Positions 18,644 to 26,993 of a DNA stretch of 64,000 nt are shown in pieces; position 1 is the first letter of the stretch, and each line of letters begins with the position of its first letter. A program made the translations under genes and the position numbers. The notes below the pieces were generated by a model. It did not search any database and was not told the DNA's origin. It was given only the letters and a program-made list of their open reading frames with translations. The stretch is from an uncultured Desulfatiglans sp. GTDB lineage: Bacteria > Desulfobacterota > DSM-4660 > Desulfatiglandales > HGW-15. Location of the stretch: contig CAZCMD010000001.1 of the NCBI GenBank assembly GCA_964499695.1, forward strand, positions 13,872 through 77,871. Direction: 5' to 3'.

Positions 18644-18747
18644 ATAGAAAAAGATAATTCATATAAAAGGAGATCATACTATTAAGTATGATTTCTGTTA
18701 AATAGTTAATCGTTGTATGATTATCTGAACCGGAAAAGGAGTTAAAA

Positions 18748-19218
18748 ATGAGAATCGATGAAAGTCAGAGAATACTACTGGAACAGCAGGGGAAGGTAAA
18801 TAAATCCAAAAATAATGAGGCTGGAAGTTTTCAGCAGATTATGGAACAATTGACCGCCCGTCCTGAAACAGGGAGGTCTTTGCCCCTGAATATCAATCCG
18901 GTTCAGATATTAGATGGATCAACAGGCATTATTCCTGTAAATGGAGCTGTATCAGGCTCCAACGAAAAGACCATGCTGCTCGATTCCCTGAAGGATACTG
19001 TTAATCTGATCGATTTTTATGCGGGAAAGCTTGAGGATACCTCTTTTCCGGCAGAAGATCTTTCATCCCTTGTTGATAAGCTCGATGAGAAGCTTACTGA
19101 AATAAAAGGCATGTCATCTATGGAAGGCATATCTGACAAACTTAAGCCTGTGATCTCTGATATTGCCGTTACAATGGGTACAGAGATAGAGCGTTTTCGC
19201 CGGGGTGATTATCTTTAA
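18748..19218 (+). CDS. hypothetical protein (possibly a DUF327/YaaR-like flagellar-associated protein)
   Basis: AAGGAG RBS, 156 aa. The N-terminus (MRIDESQR...SFQQIMEQL) only loosely resembles DUF327 proteins. The function is not supported beyond genomic context. Confidence 0.5.
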   Translation: MRIDESQRILLEQQGKVNKSKNNEAGSFQQIMEQLTARPETGRSLPLNINPVQILDGSTGIIPVNGAVSGSNEKTMLLDSLKDTVNLIDFYAGKLEDTSFPAEDLSSLVDKLDEKLTEIKGMSSMEGISDKLKPVISDIAVTMGTEIERFRRGDYL

Positions 19219-19932
19219 CTATATCGGAAAACAGATAACAATATCTGCTGACTGACCTTTTCCGGTCTTAATGATTATTCCATCAGAGTGAAATATCTTC
19301 AATATCAGCATAATGTCTGATTCATTGTCAGGTGCTGTCAGCCTGTCAGATGAAAAATCTTTTTTCAGCATGTCATTGATTATACTGGCAAGATCATTCA
19401 GCCCGGTAACAATGGTAATCTCATAGAAGCCACCATTTTTTACAGTCCTGATATGAAGTGTGCTTTTCTTATTTCTTTCTATCTCTTCTATAATTCTTTG
19501 AAGCAGCCAGCTAAAAGCCAGAATAGAATTTTCAGGAAGGCCGCTTATAAGAGGCGGCTGATCTCCCAGGTCAAGAGTCGTTTCCACGTTATGTTTGTAA
19601 TATAGATTTGTATTAAAAAATAACAATTCCTGTTCAAGGTAGTCATTGAAATTTAATAAACCGTTATATGTATGCATGATCCTGTTGGATGATGCCTTTA
19701 TTATTGTGTTCAAACGATCAAGCTCTTCTTCTATGCGTCTGAGCCTGGGCAGTATATTGCTCTCGTTACCGCCACCAGCCTCCGCCCCTTTTTTAAGCAT
19801 ATACTGAGTCATCTCAAGGTCAAGGCCGATATTCTGTAGCGGGCCGTTTAAATTGTGTATCAGACCACCAGTTACCTTTCCAAGTGAGGCAAGTTTATAT
19901 AATTCGATAAGGCTGTTAAAGGACAGTTCCAT
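19219..19932 (-). CDS. soluble histidine-kinase-like protein with an intact H-box but a degenerate ATP-binding domain
   Basis: LASLGKVTGGLIHNLNGPLQNI resembles an NtrB/AtoS-type DHp H-box. I could not find N, G1 or G2 boxes in the C-terminal half. No TM or sensor domain. Confidence 0.55.
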   Translation of the reverse strand: MELSFNSLIELYKLASLGKVTGGLIHNLNGPLQNIGLDLEMTQYMLKKGAEAGGGNESNILPRLRRIEEELDRLNTIIKASSNRIMHTYNGLLNFNDYLEQELLFFNTNLYYKHNVETTLDLGDQPPLISGLPENSILAFSWLLQRIIEEIERNKKSTLHIRTVKNGGFYEITIVTGLNDLASIINDMLKKDFSSDRLTAPDNESDIMLILKIFHSDGIIIKTGKGQSADIVICFPI

Positions 19933-19937
19933 AATTA

Positions 19938-20498
19938 TTACTCCTCCGGGTTTTTCCTGTTTCTTATGTCGATCCTCTGCTTCTGGAAAATCATTTTTAC
20001 TATTGAATCGTGGGCATCATCTCTTATACAGACTATCCTTGTCGCATAGATATTTTTATCTTTCTTTTTCGTTACCCTCAGTATTTCTGTAATCAGTTCC
20101 ATATGATACTGAACAACACCGGGCATAATAAGTTCCATTTTTAATAAGGCACCCTCTTTGAATTCTTCTTCTGAGGCAAATTTTAGCCCGGAGGCGCTTA
20201 TCTCCATTATGTTGTCATGCCCTGTACATTGGTCTGCTGGTCTGGATAATATCTGTTCGATTATATAGTCAAGCTTATTATTGAGGAGATTGAGTGCCTG
20301 AAAATATTTTTCATCTTTTGAACCCTTTACTGTTTCCTCCAGAATTGTGTCAATCGGGCTGGGTATGCCGCTCTGTTTAAAAAGGGTATTACCAAAACCA
20401 TTTTTTACCGACTGTATCTCATCCTCTGAAAGTAATTTCCACTTTACAGGGACTGTTATCTCAACCCTGAAATGTTCGCGATTGTTTATTTCTGGCAT
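19938..20498 (-). CDS. PilZ-domain protein with a long insertion between the RxxxR and xSxxG motifs
   Basis: NREHFRV (RxxxR) near the N-terminus and EISASGLKF (D/N-x-S-x-x-G-like) about 95 residues later. The ATG at 20498 has GGAG 9 nt upstream; the track start is a TTG. Confidence 0.55.
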   Translation of the reverse strand: MPEINNREHFRVEITVPVKWKLLSEDEIQSVKNGFGNTLFKQSGIPSPIDTILEETVKGSKDEKYFQALNLLNNKLDYIIEQILSRPADQCTGHDNIMEISASGLKFASEEEFKEGALLKMELIMPGVVQYHMELITEILRVTKKKDKNIYATRIVCIRDDAHDSIVKMIFQKQRIDIRNRKNPEE

Positions 20499-20635
20499 CT
20501 TAACCAACTCCTGAATTTTATTATCTTGTACGGATATAAGGACTTCGGAGTATATTATATTTTTTTAATGAATGAAAAGTAAAAACAGATGTGCTTTAAA
20601 AAGTAATATGGGATAATAATATCTCAGTAGGGTTT

Positions 20636-22141
20636 TCAGACAGCAATACTGATCTGCTCCGGAATGGTATTTTCTGTGAATATCCTGAGTGATACCTCTA
20701 CAACCTCAGGGTCAAATTGTGTGCCTTTATTTCTTATAAGCTCTTCAATACATTTATCAATTGGAATCGCCTTCCTGTATGCCCTGTCGGAACTCATTGC
20801 ATCAAAACTGTCTGCAACAATGAGAATCCTTGATAAAAAGGGAATCTCTTCTGCTGTAAGGCCATCAGGATAACCTTTGCCATCCCATCTTTCATGATGA
20901 TTTCTTATTATTGCGAGTTCATCTTTATCCAGCATAAGTGGAGTAACAATGTTTACCCCTATTAAAGGATGTGTCTTTATCTTGTCATATTCCAGTTCTG
21001 TAAGCCTTGTCTTCTTGTTCAGGATACTGTCATCTATACCAATCTTACCGATATCATGTAGAGGTGCGCACGTCCTTAGCCTGTGCAGATCGTCATCAGA
21101 GCAGCCCATTACCTTTGCTATCTCTAATGCATATTTTGTTACCCGTGAAGAATGCTGACGGGTATATTTATCTTTTGCCTCAATAGCCCCTACCAGGGAC
21201 ATCATTGATGCCATAAGGTTTTGCATAAGGTTGTCATACAGGGCCATGTTTTCTATATTCAGGGCTGTTCTTTCGGCCATAAACCTGAGTATGAACTGAT
21301 CATCAGTATCAAATCCGGTATCACCTGCCTTTTCTCCAAGTAAAAGCAGCCCAAAGGGTTCATTCCTGATATTAAATGGAATTGATAGATAATTGCCATT
21401 GTGATCTGTATCGAGGGTAATATTAAAACATCTTTCAAACAGGCGTTTATTGATCTTCTCCTCTGCCTTTTCGTGACCTGTTGAGATACGGGTTCCAGGG
21501 TCAGCATTATCAAGGCCTTTTTGTGAAAGGAGGATATAATTGCTTGCTTTATCATTATCCCTGATAAGAAAACATGCCTTTTTTGCCTGGCATATCTCTA
21601 TACTTTTATTGAGGATAAACCTGTGCAGATCTTCTGTTCTGTTAATCCTTGAAAGAGAATCAACAATGTCATACATGAGTGTCTGGGACCTGATTCTTTT
21701 CTGGAGTTCAACATTGAGCTTTTCCACCTCCTGCTTTTGTTCCAGCTCCTGGTTTAGCCTCCAGTTGTTTTCCATCAGGGTTTTAAGGCGACTGATCCTT
21801 TCAAGGATGATTTTTATATCCTGAAGACGAAAGGGTTTTACCAGAAAATCCGATGCCCCGCTGCGCATTGCATCGATAACAGTCTCCATTGTAGGATAAC
21901 CGGTCATAATTATTACATTTGTCAGTTGATGATTTTCATGTATGCGCTTGAGCGTTTCAAGGCCGCCAATGCCTGGCATCATGAGATCCATGAAGATATA
22001 GTCAAAGGATTCGCGGTCGATCTCAGCAAGGGCCTTTTCGCCGCTGTCCAGGATGGTGATATTCTTGAAATTGAGATGTTCAAAGAACATGCCCAGTGTC
22101 TCACCGACCATCGGATCATCATCGACAATCATTACACGCAT
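20636..22141 (-). CDS. response regulator with REC, GAF-like and HD-GYP domains (putative c-di-GMP phosphodiesterase)
   Basis: REC (MIVDDD, MDLMMPGIGG, VKPF). HD-GYP (PLHDIGKIGI, HHERWDGKGYPDG). The ATG at 22141 is preferred over the GTG at 22198, which would overlap the upstream gene by 37 nt. Confidence 0.85.
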   Translation of the reverse strand: MRVMIVDDDPMVGETLGMFFEHLNFKNITILDSGEKALAEIDRESFDYIFMDLMMPGIGGLETLKRIHENHQLTNVIIMTGYPTMETVIDAMRSGASDFLVKPFRLQDIKIILERISRLKTLMENNWRLNQELEQKQEVEKLNVELQKRIRSQTLMYDIVDSLSRINRTEDLHRFILNKSIEICQAKKACFLIRDNDKASNYILLSQKGLDNADPGTRISTGHEKAEEKINKRLFERCFNITLDTDHNGNYLSIPFNIRNEPFGLLLLGEKAGDTGFDTDDQFILRFMAERTALNIENMALYDNLMQNLMASMMSLVGAIEAKDKYTRQHSSRVTKYALEIAKVMGCSDDDLHRLRTCAPLHDIGKIGIDDSILNKKTRLTELEYDKIKTHPLIGVNIVTPLMLDKDELAIIRNHHERWDGKGYPDGLTAEEIPFLSRILIVADSFDAMSSDRAYRKAIPIDKCIEELIRNKGTQFDPEVVEVSLRIFTENTIPEQISIAV

Positions 22142-22161
22142 GGTATTAAAATCCTGATCTA

Positions 22162-22824
22162 TTATTGCCCTATGTTGCTGAACAGTTTCGACTTGCACAA
22201 TTCAAATTCCTTTCCTGTCAATAGCCCTCTTTCTTTAAGGTCTGAAATCCGTTCAAGATTGTCCAGTATCGAGGTCTTCACATTAGACACTGTACTTGAA
22301 TAGTAAAAGGGCAGCATACTGCCGGCAATTACCGGTCTATCATCCTCATTAGTATTCTCTTCGGGCTTGTAGCTGTTTATCTCAAGCAGTTTTTTCATCA
22401 TATTCAACTGTTCATAGGCATTTTTCAGATCATCTATGAGTTTTCTGTTTTCCCGTATAAGCCTTATCTTTTCACGGGCATTATTTACAATAATCCTTAT
22501 CTCTTCCAGCTTGAATGGCTTTGTAATATAGTCATATGCACCTTCCCTGATTGCCTGAACAGCGGTTTCAAGGGAGGCAAAACCGGTTATAAGTACGACA
22601 AGACAGTCAGGGTCGATCTTTCTGGTTTCAGTCAGGACCTCCAGTCCATTAGCGCCCGGCATCATAAGGTCTGTAATTATGAGATCAAATTTCTCATTTT
22701 TACATAAATCTATTGCCTTTTTGCCATCATTACAAACAGTTACGTCATTTTCCTGGTCAAAAACAGTTTTCAGGGCAGATAGAAGTGTCCTGTCATCATC
22801 AACAATTAACAGTTTTAGTTTCAT
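22162..22824 (-). CDS. response regulator: REC domain fused to a C-terminal SHOCT-like short domain
   Basis: REC (LLIVDDD, TDLMMPGANG, ITKPF). C-terminal LERISDLKERGLLTGKEFELCKSKLF matches the SHOCT pattern. Confidence 0.75.
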   Translation of the reverse strand: MKLKLLIVDDDRTLLSALKTVFDQENDVTVCNDGKKAIDLCKNEKFDLIITDLMMPGANGLEVLTETRKIDPDCLVVLITGFASLETAVQAIREGAYDYITKPFKLEEIRIIVNNAREKIRLIRENRKLIDDLKNAYEQLNMMKKLLEINSYKPEENTNEDDRPVIAGSMLPFYYSSTVSNVKTSILDNLERISDLKERGLLTGKEFELCKSKLFSNIGQ

Positions 22825-22863
22825 CCTTTTTCTCTAATACGGAGGTTATGATAATTTAATTCT

Positions 22864-23244
22864 CTATACCTTCTCATCAAACAAAATGCCTGTCATCTCT
22901 TCAATCCTTGCGGCAAGATCAAGCATTTCTTCAGGGGGAATTTCTCTTATAACCTTTCCGCTCTCTTTTGATATAACCTTTACCATTATTCTTCCGGTCT
23001 TTTCATCTACCTTGATTTTCAGGTCCCTCTGAATTGACTGAACGTAACTGTCCATGGTTTCTGCAATGCGGCCTATCTTGTCACTCAGAGATTCCTTAAA
23101 CTGCTGGAAACCCTGTGCCTCCTTTTTGCTGTTATTATCAGTACTTATAAGACTGCTCTTAATATTTGAAGAGGAGGAGACAGGTGTTATTGCATCAATC
23201 TGTCTTTTTGCAAAGTCTCTGGTGATATTTTGTATAGCTTCCAT
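22864..23244 (-). CDS. flaG: flagellar protein FlaG (paralog 2)
   Basis: C-terminal KIKVDEKTGRIMVKVISKESGKVIREIPPEEMLDLAARI is the FlaG signature. Confidence 0.85.
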   Translation of the reverse strand: MEAIQNITRDFAKRQIDAITPVSSSSNIKSSLISTDNNSKKEAQGFQQFKESLSDKIGRIAETMDSYVQSIQRDLKIKVDEKTGRIMVKVISKESGKVIREIPPEEMLDLAARIEEMTGILFDEKV

Positions 23245-23307
23245 TCAGGGTCCTTCCTGCTTTACATAAAAGGCGTATAAATTCCATATATACCCTATCT
23301 GTATTTT

Positions 23308-23335
23308 TTATCGGCATTAATCCCTTAAGGCTTTA
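23308..23335 (-). promoter_or_regulatory. sigma28 (FliA)-type promoter upstream of flaG paralog 2
   Basis: Reverse strand reads TAAAG-N15-GCCGATAA (TAAA-N16-GCCGATAA), with a perfect -10 element. Confidence 0.55.
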
Positions 23336-23460
23336 ATGATATCCTGATTTTTTTGATTCTAAAGGGTTTGGCCGATAAATAGAAAAACAGGAAAATCCAT
23401 TTAAAAATAAGAAATTCCTGTTTTAAGTTATTCAGGTTGATATTTTATCAGGTATTCTAA

Positions 23461-23844
23461 TTAAACCTTTTGATCAAAGAGCACACCGGAGATCTCTTCC
23501 ATCCTTGCCGCAAGCGCAAGCATTTCTTCTGAAGGAATTTCTCTTATGACCTTTCCGGTCTCTTCGGAAATGACCTTGACTAAAATATCTCCTGTATCGC
23601 TGTTGACCTGGATCTTGATGTCCTTTTGTATTGACCGTACATAATTGTCCATCAGTTCGGTAATACGGGCAATCTTCTCATCAGTGGCTCTTTTTACTTC
23701 TTTCGATCGTTTTCCTGTATTTACTGCATGGAAATTGATCTCGCTGGCACCGGAATTGAGCGGATCAGAGGTTGTCATATGAGACGGTGCAGACAATCCC
23801 TGGTCAATTGGATGATCAACCGGTTTTATTGCTGAAAATGCCAT
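23461..23844 (-). CDS. flaG: flagellar protein FlaG (paralog 1)
   Basis: KIQVNSDTGDILVKVISEETGKVIREIPSEEMLALAARM. Start at the ATG at 23844; the GGAGG RBS lies inside the longer track ORF. Confidence 0.85.
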   Translation of the reverse strand: MAFSAIKPVDHPIDQGLSAPSHMTTSDPLNSGASEINFHAVNTGKRSKEVKRATDEKIARITELMDNYVRSIQKDIKIQVNSDTGDILVKVISEETGKVIREIPSEEMLALAARMEEISGVLFDQKV

Positions 23845-23917
23845 TTTATTTACCTCCATGTACTTCCCACGACATACCTGTCATGGATTCACTAGCCTTT
23901 ATACCCTAATAGCAACG

Positions 23918-24361
23918 TCATGCTGCTACCTGATGTGAAAGCCTTCTTATTTCCTGGGGAATAGCTGCATTTACAGGGGCAGGTTCTTCCTGTTCCGGCC
24001 GTATTCCTTCCCAGCCGCTTTTTAGTTCACTCAGTATATTTATACATTCGTCAAAAATAGAAAGGTTCTTTTGAATATCAGCGAGGAGGACTCTACTGGT
24101 TAGATATGTATACAATGAATCCAGGCTTGCCGCTATCTTTCCACCCTTATCCATATTAAGATTTGCCTGTAATTCACTTATTATAGCCAGGGTCCTCTTT
24201 ATTTTTTCAGACTTCTTTATGAAATCTTTATCTTTTAGATGATCTTTTGATTGTTCAAGGCATAAAATCGCTTTTTCATAACACATTATAACAAGTTCAA
24301 GTTTGCTTGCTGTTTCAATCGATGATCTTCTGTACTGCTTAAAAGCCTTTCCGTAATCCAT
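23918..24361 (-). CDS. fliS: flagellin-specific chaperone FliS
   Basis: YRRSSIETASKLELVIMCYEKAI and overall FliS-like length. GGGGG RBS. Confidence 0.88.
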   Translation of the reverse strand: MDYGKAFKQYRRSSIETASKLELVIMCYEKAILCLEQSKDHLKDKDFIKKSEKIKRTLAIISELQANLNMDKGGKIAASLDSLYTYLTSRVLLADIQKNLSIFDECINILSELKSGWEGIRPEQEEPAPVNAAIPQEIRRLSHQVAA

Positions 24362-24441
24362 TCAATCCCCCATTAGAATAATAAATAAGTTAAAAGTTAA
24401 TATTCATCCCTGAGTAATATCCCATATTAGATTGAGATATA

Positions 24442-26733
24442 CTAAGACAGTGTGCTTAACTGGCTCGAAAGCCACTGGCCCTCCGATTGCAGCTTTGAAA
24501 GAGCCAACTCCATTGCCACAAACCGGGCAATCATCGCTTCCTGTTTTCTGCTCAGCCGCGCGTTAACATTGTCAATGAGCTCTTCCTTGTTGTCGATCTG
24601 GTCAGATAGTGAATCAATCTTGTTTGCCACATATCCGTCAATTGAATCGGTTATATTAAATAGCGCCCTGTCAAAAAGCTCGGCAACACCTACTGTGAAT
24701 TTGATATTTCCCACATTCCCTGTGGTTGAGCCTGTATATTTAATAGTAAGTCCCGCAATATTGGCTGCATCTTTATCTCCGGTAAGCCTTTGTCCACTGC
24801 CTCTGGCAGCCTCTCCGTTTATGGTGCCTGCAACATCCTGTCCATTATTTACCGTTACAGGTGAACCTGCCCAGAGTGATGAATTTATTGTAAAACTGTT
24901 ACCACTGCCATAATCATCACTGCTTAAAATCAGGTGACCGGCGCCATCGTCCGATGCACCTACGCTTATGGCATATCTTCCTTCCTGGCCATCCCCATTA
25001 CTGGTTAGGACTGTCCCGAAAACAGATGCCCCGGTGCTGTCAAATGCAAATGTAAGGTTACTTGCACCCTCTTCATTATCCGTTAAAACAAGACGGCCAT
25101 TTACGTCAATGGAAGCGGATATATCATTACCAAAGGCAGACTCTATTTCAGTGAGAAGTCCCTGGATGGTGTCTGTGGAGGCACTCTCTATGGTGTATGA
25201 TCCTGAAATAGCGGACCCATCCCGTGCAGTACCTGTAAAACTGATTGCATTTCCATCAGAGAGAGTTGCCCCATCTATTGCAGCCCATGTTGTGGAAGAT
25301 GTAACAGCAGCACCGCCCGCTTGTACAGCATTATTCCCGACCAGTTTTTCAGTATAGACTGTTTCCAGTTCACTGTTTATAGCTGTAGTAATATCCGGTA
25401 TAGTCATATCTGAGGTAAGATTGATCACTGCTGTTTGATCTCCCTGCGATATGGTCAGGGTTTGATCACTCCCTAAAGTTCCGGAAATAGCTGAACTGGG
25501 GTCGGAAATACTTTTAGTAGCGGCCTGTGTTATATTTACAGCATAGTTACCGGCTTTTGTGTCATTTGTGCTGTATGCATATTCTATAGAACCGGAGGTT
25601 GAGGAGCCGTTAGCACTGAAAAGTTTTTGTATGTCACTGAAATTTGATTCCAGATATTCCCCAAGCTCTTCACTGTCAATACTCAGTTGATTATTTGAGT
25701 CCAGATGTATGCCGGCAAGTCCCATAATTGAAAATTTTGAAGACACTCCCCATACAGGATCAACGAGCAGAGATGCGAGGTCTGATTTTATAGATGAAAG
25801 TGTTCCGTCACCAAAGAGTACCGCCTGCGAATCTTTATCACTTTCATTATAGGTCTGCTGTTTATTAATATAGGAAGATACCTCATTATATGCATCCACA
25901 AATGTCTGTAGCTTTTTTTCAATCCCACTTGTATCTCTATCTATATTTAGGGTGATGGTTGTAGATGTATCCTCACCTGTAAGTTTAAAAGTTACACCTG
26001 TTAACACATCGTCTATGATATTATCCTCGCTTGTTACCGCTATTCCGTCCAGTAAAAATGAGGCATCCTTGCCTTCAACTAACGTATTTACCGTACCTAT
26101 TGAGTCTGTCCACCCCATAGCCTGTAGAATATCTGTGGCTGACCCGTTTTCAAGGCTTATCCCTTCTGCACCTGTATCGTCGCTTGTAAGGTTAAGGCGG
26201 TAGTCTGTATCACTGTATCGTATCAGGCTGGCTGTAACACCTGCACCTGCGTTGTTAATTTTATTTCTTAAATCATCAAGACCATCAGTCGCTGATACAG
26301 TTATGGTTTTGCCGTTTATAATTATATTGCCGTTGAATTCCGACCCAAGGTCATTTGTACCGCTTGTAAATGAAGCAGAACCAATTTTATGAGCTGTGGC
26401 TATATTATTAATGGTAATAGTATATGATCCTTTAACTGCAGAAGAGTCAGTTGATACACTTAGAAGATCTTCTGCATCAATATCTGCGTTGTCTGAGGTC
26501 ATGGAAGAGGAAAAGGTGTTAAAATTATCGGGTTTAGAAAGTGCAGCAGCAGCAGTTTTTAGAGAAAGAAGCTGGGTATTAAAAGAGCGCCATTCCGTAA
26601 GCTGGGTCTCATACTGGGTCTTCTGCTTTTCTAACATATTCACTGGCCTCTTTTCAATGGCCATCAATTGATCAACCATTGTTCTCCAGTCAAAACCGCT
26701 TGAAAGACCACTTATCTGATTTGTACTTGCCAT
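24442..26733 (-). CDS. fliD: flagellar filament cap protein FliD (HAP2), long form
   Basis: N-terminal ISGLSSGFDWRTMVDQLMAIEKRP, C-terminal RFVAMELALSKLQSEGQWLSSQL, and a long S/T/G-rich centre. AGGAG RBS. Confidence 0.9.
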   Translation of the reverse strand: MASTNQISGLSSGFDWRTMVDQLMAIEKRPVNMLEKQKTQYETQLTEWRSFNTQLLSLKTAAAALSKPDNFNTFSSSMTSDNADIDAEDLLSVSTDSSAVKGSYTITINNIATAHKIGSASFTSGTNDLGSEFNGNIIINGKTITVSATDGLDDLRNKINNAGAGVTASLIRYSDTDYRLNLTSDDTGAEGISLENGSATDILQAMGWTDSIGTVNTLVEGKDASFLLDGIAVTSEDNIIDDVLTGVTFKLTGEDTSTTITLNIDRDTSGIEKKLQTFVDAYNEVSSYINKQQTYNESDKDSQAVLFGDGTLSSIKSDLASLLVDPVWGVSSKFSIMGLAGIHLDSNNQLSIDSEELGEYLESNFSDIQKLFSANGSSTSGSIEYAYSTNDTKAGNYAVNITQAATKSISDPSSAISGTLGSDQTLTISQGDQTAVINLTSDMTIPDITTAINSELETVYTEKLVGNNAVQAGGAAVTSSTTWAAIDGATLSDGNAISFTGTARDGSAISGSYTIESASTDTIQGLLTEIESAFGNDISASIDVNGRLVLTDNEEGASNLTFAFDSTGASVFGTVLTSNGDGQEGRYAISVGASDDGAGHLILSSDDYGSGNSFTINSSLWAGSPVTVNNGQDVAGTINGEAARGSGQRLTGDKDAANIAGLTIKYTGSTTGNVGNIKFTVGVAELFDRALFNITDSIDGYVANKIDSLSDQIDNKEELIDNVNARLSRKQEAMIARFVAMELALSKLQSEGQWLSSQLSTLS

Positions 26734-26790
26734 GATCCACTCCTTACAAGGTGTATCGTTAAAGGAAAATCTTTCCTTATGCTGTTCATT

Positions 26791-26818
26791 TAATCGGAAA
26801 AAAATACCAGAAACTTAA
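26791..26818 (-). promoter_or_regulatory. weak sigma28-like motif upstream of fliD
   Basis: Reverse strand reads TAAG-N15-TCCGATTA, matching 6 of 8 positions in the -10 element. Confidence 0.25.
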
Positions 26819-26844
26819 ATAAAACTATCGTGATATTAGAGATT

Positions 26845-26860
26845 TGCAAGATATTTGCCA
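26845..26860 (-). promoter_or_regulatory. sigma54-type promoter upstream of fliD-fliS-flaG
   Basis: Reverse strand reads TGGCAAATATCTTGCA (TGGCA-N6-TTGCA), about 112 nt upstream of the fliD ATG. Confidence 0.55.
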
Positions 26861-26862
26861 TT

Positions 26863-26897
26863 TTTAAGGTTTTAGGTGTGCGGTTTAAGGTCTAAGG
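26863..26897. repeat. tandem degenerate heptamers (TTTAAGG TTTTAGG TGTGCGG TTTAAGG TCTAAGG)
   Basis: Five consecutive 7-nt units ending in GG, read directly from the sequence. Confidence 0.8.
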
Positions 26898-26898
26898 T

Positions 26899-26953
26899 AA
26901 AAAAAATAAAAAACCCCGCAACCGGGGATCCGGAAGCGGGGTTTTTTATTTTT
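26899..26953 (-). terminator. rho-independent (bidirectional) terminator downstream of fliC
   Basis: A-run, then CCCCGC-16 nt-GCGGGG, then a T-run. On the minus strand the stem is followed by TTTTTTATTTTTTT. Confidence 0.8.
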
Positions 26954-26956
26954 CTC

Positions 26957-26984
26957 TTTGAGCTTTCAGCCTTCAGCTTACAGC
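26957..26984. repeat. tandem degenerate heptamers (TTTGAGC TTTCAGC CTTCAGC TTACAGC)
   Basis: Four consecutive 7-nt units followed by AAAATGCT. The same unit type and the same trailing AAAATGCT occur at 62903-62945. Confidence 0.8.
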
Positions 26985-26993
26985 TCTAAAATG

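Noticed and set aside
18419-18685. 88-aa plus-strand ORF after cheY
   Set aside because: It overlaps the cheY 3' end, has no RBS, has AT-rich low-complexity composition, and contains the sigma54 promoter of the next gene. It is most likely non-coding.
22142-22198. GTG start giving a 37-nt overlap between the REC-SHOCT and REC-GAF-HD-GYP genes
   Set aside because: The ATG at 22141 gives a canonical REC N-terminus (MRVMIVDDD) and a 20-nt intergenic gap containing AGGA. The overlap is not needed.
23371-23378. GCCGATAA on the plus strand between the two flaG genes (a possible divergent sigma28 promoter)
   Set aside because: No TAAA lies at the required ~15-nt distance upstream, and no plus-strand gene lies downstream.
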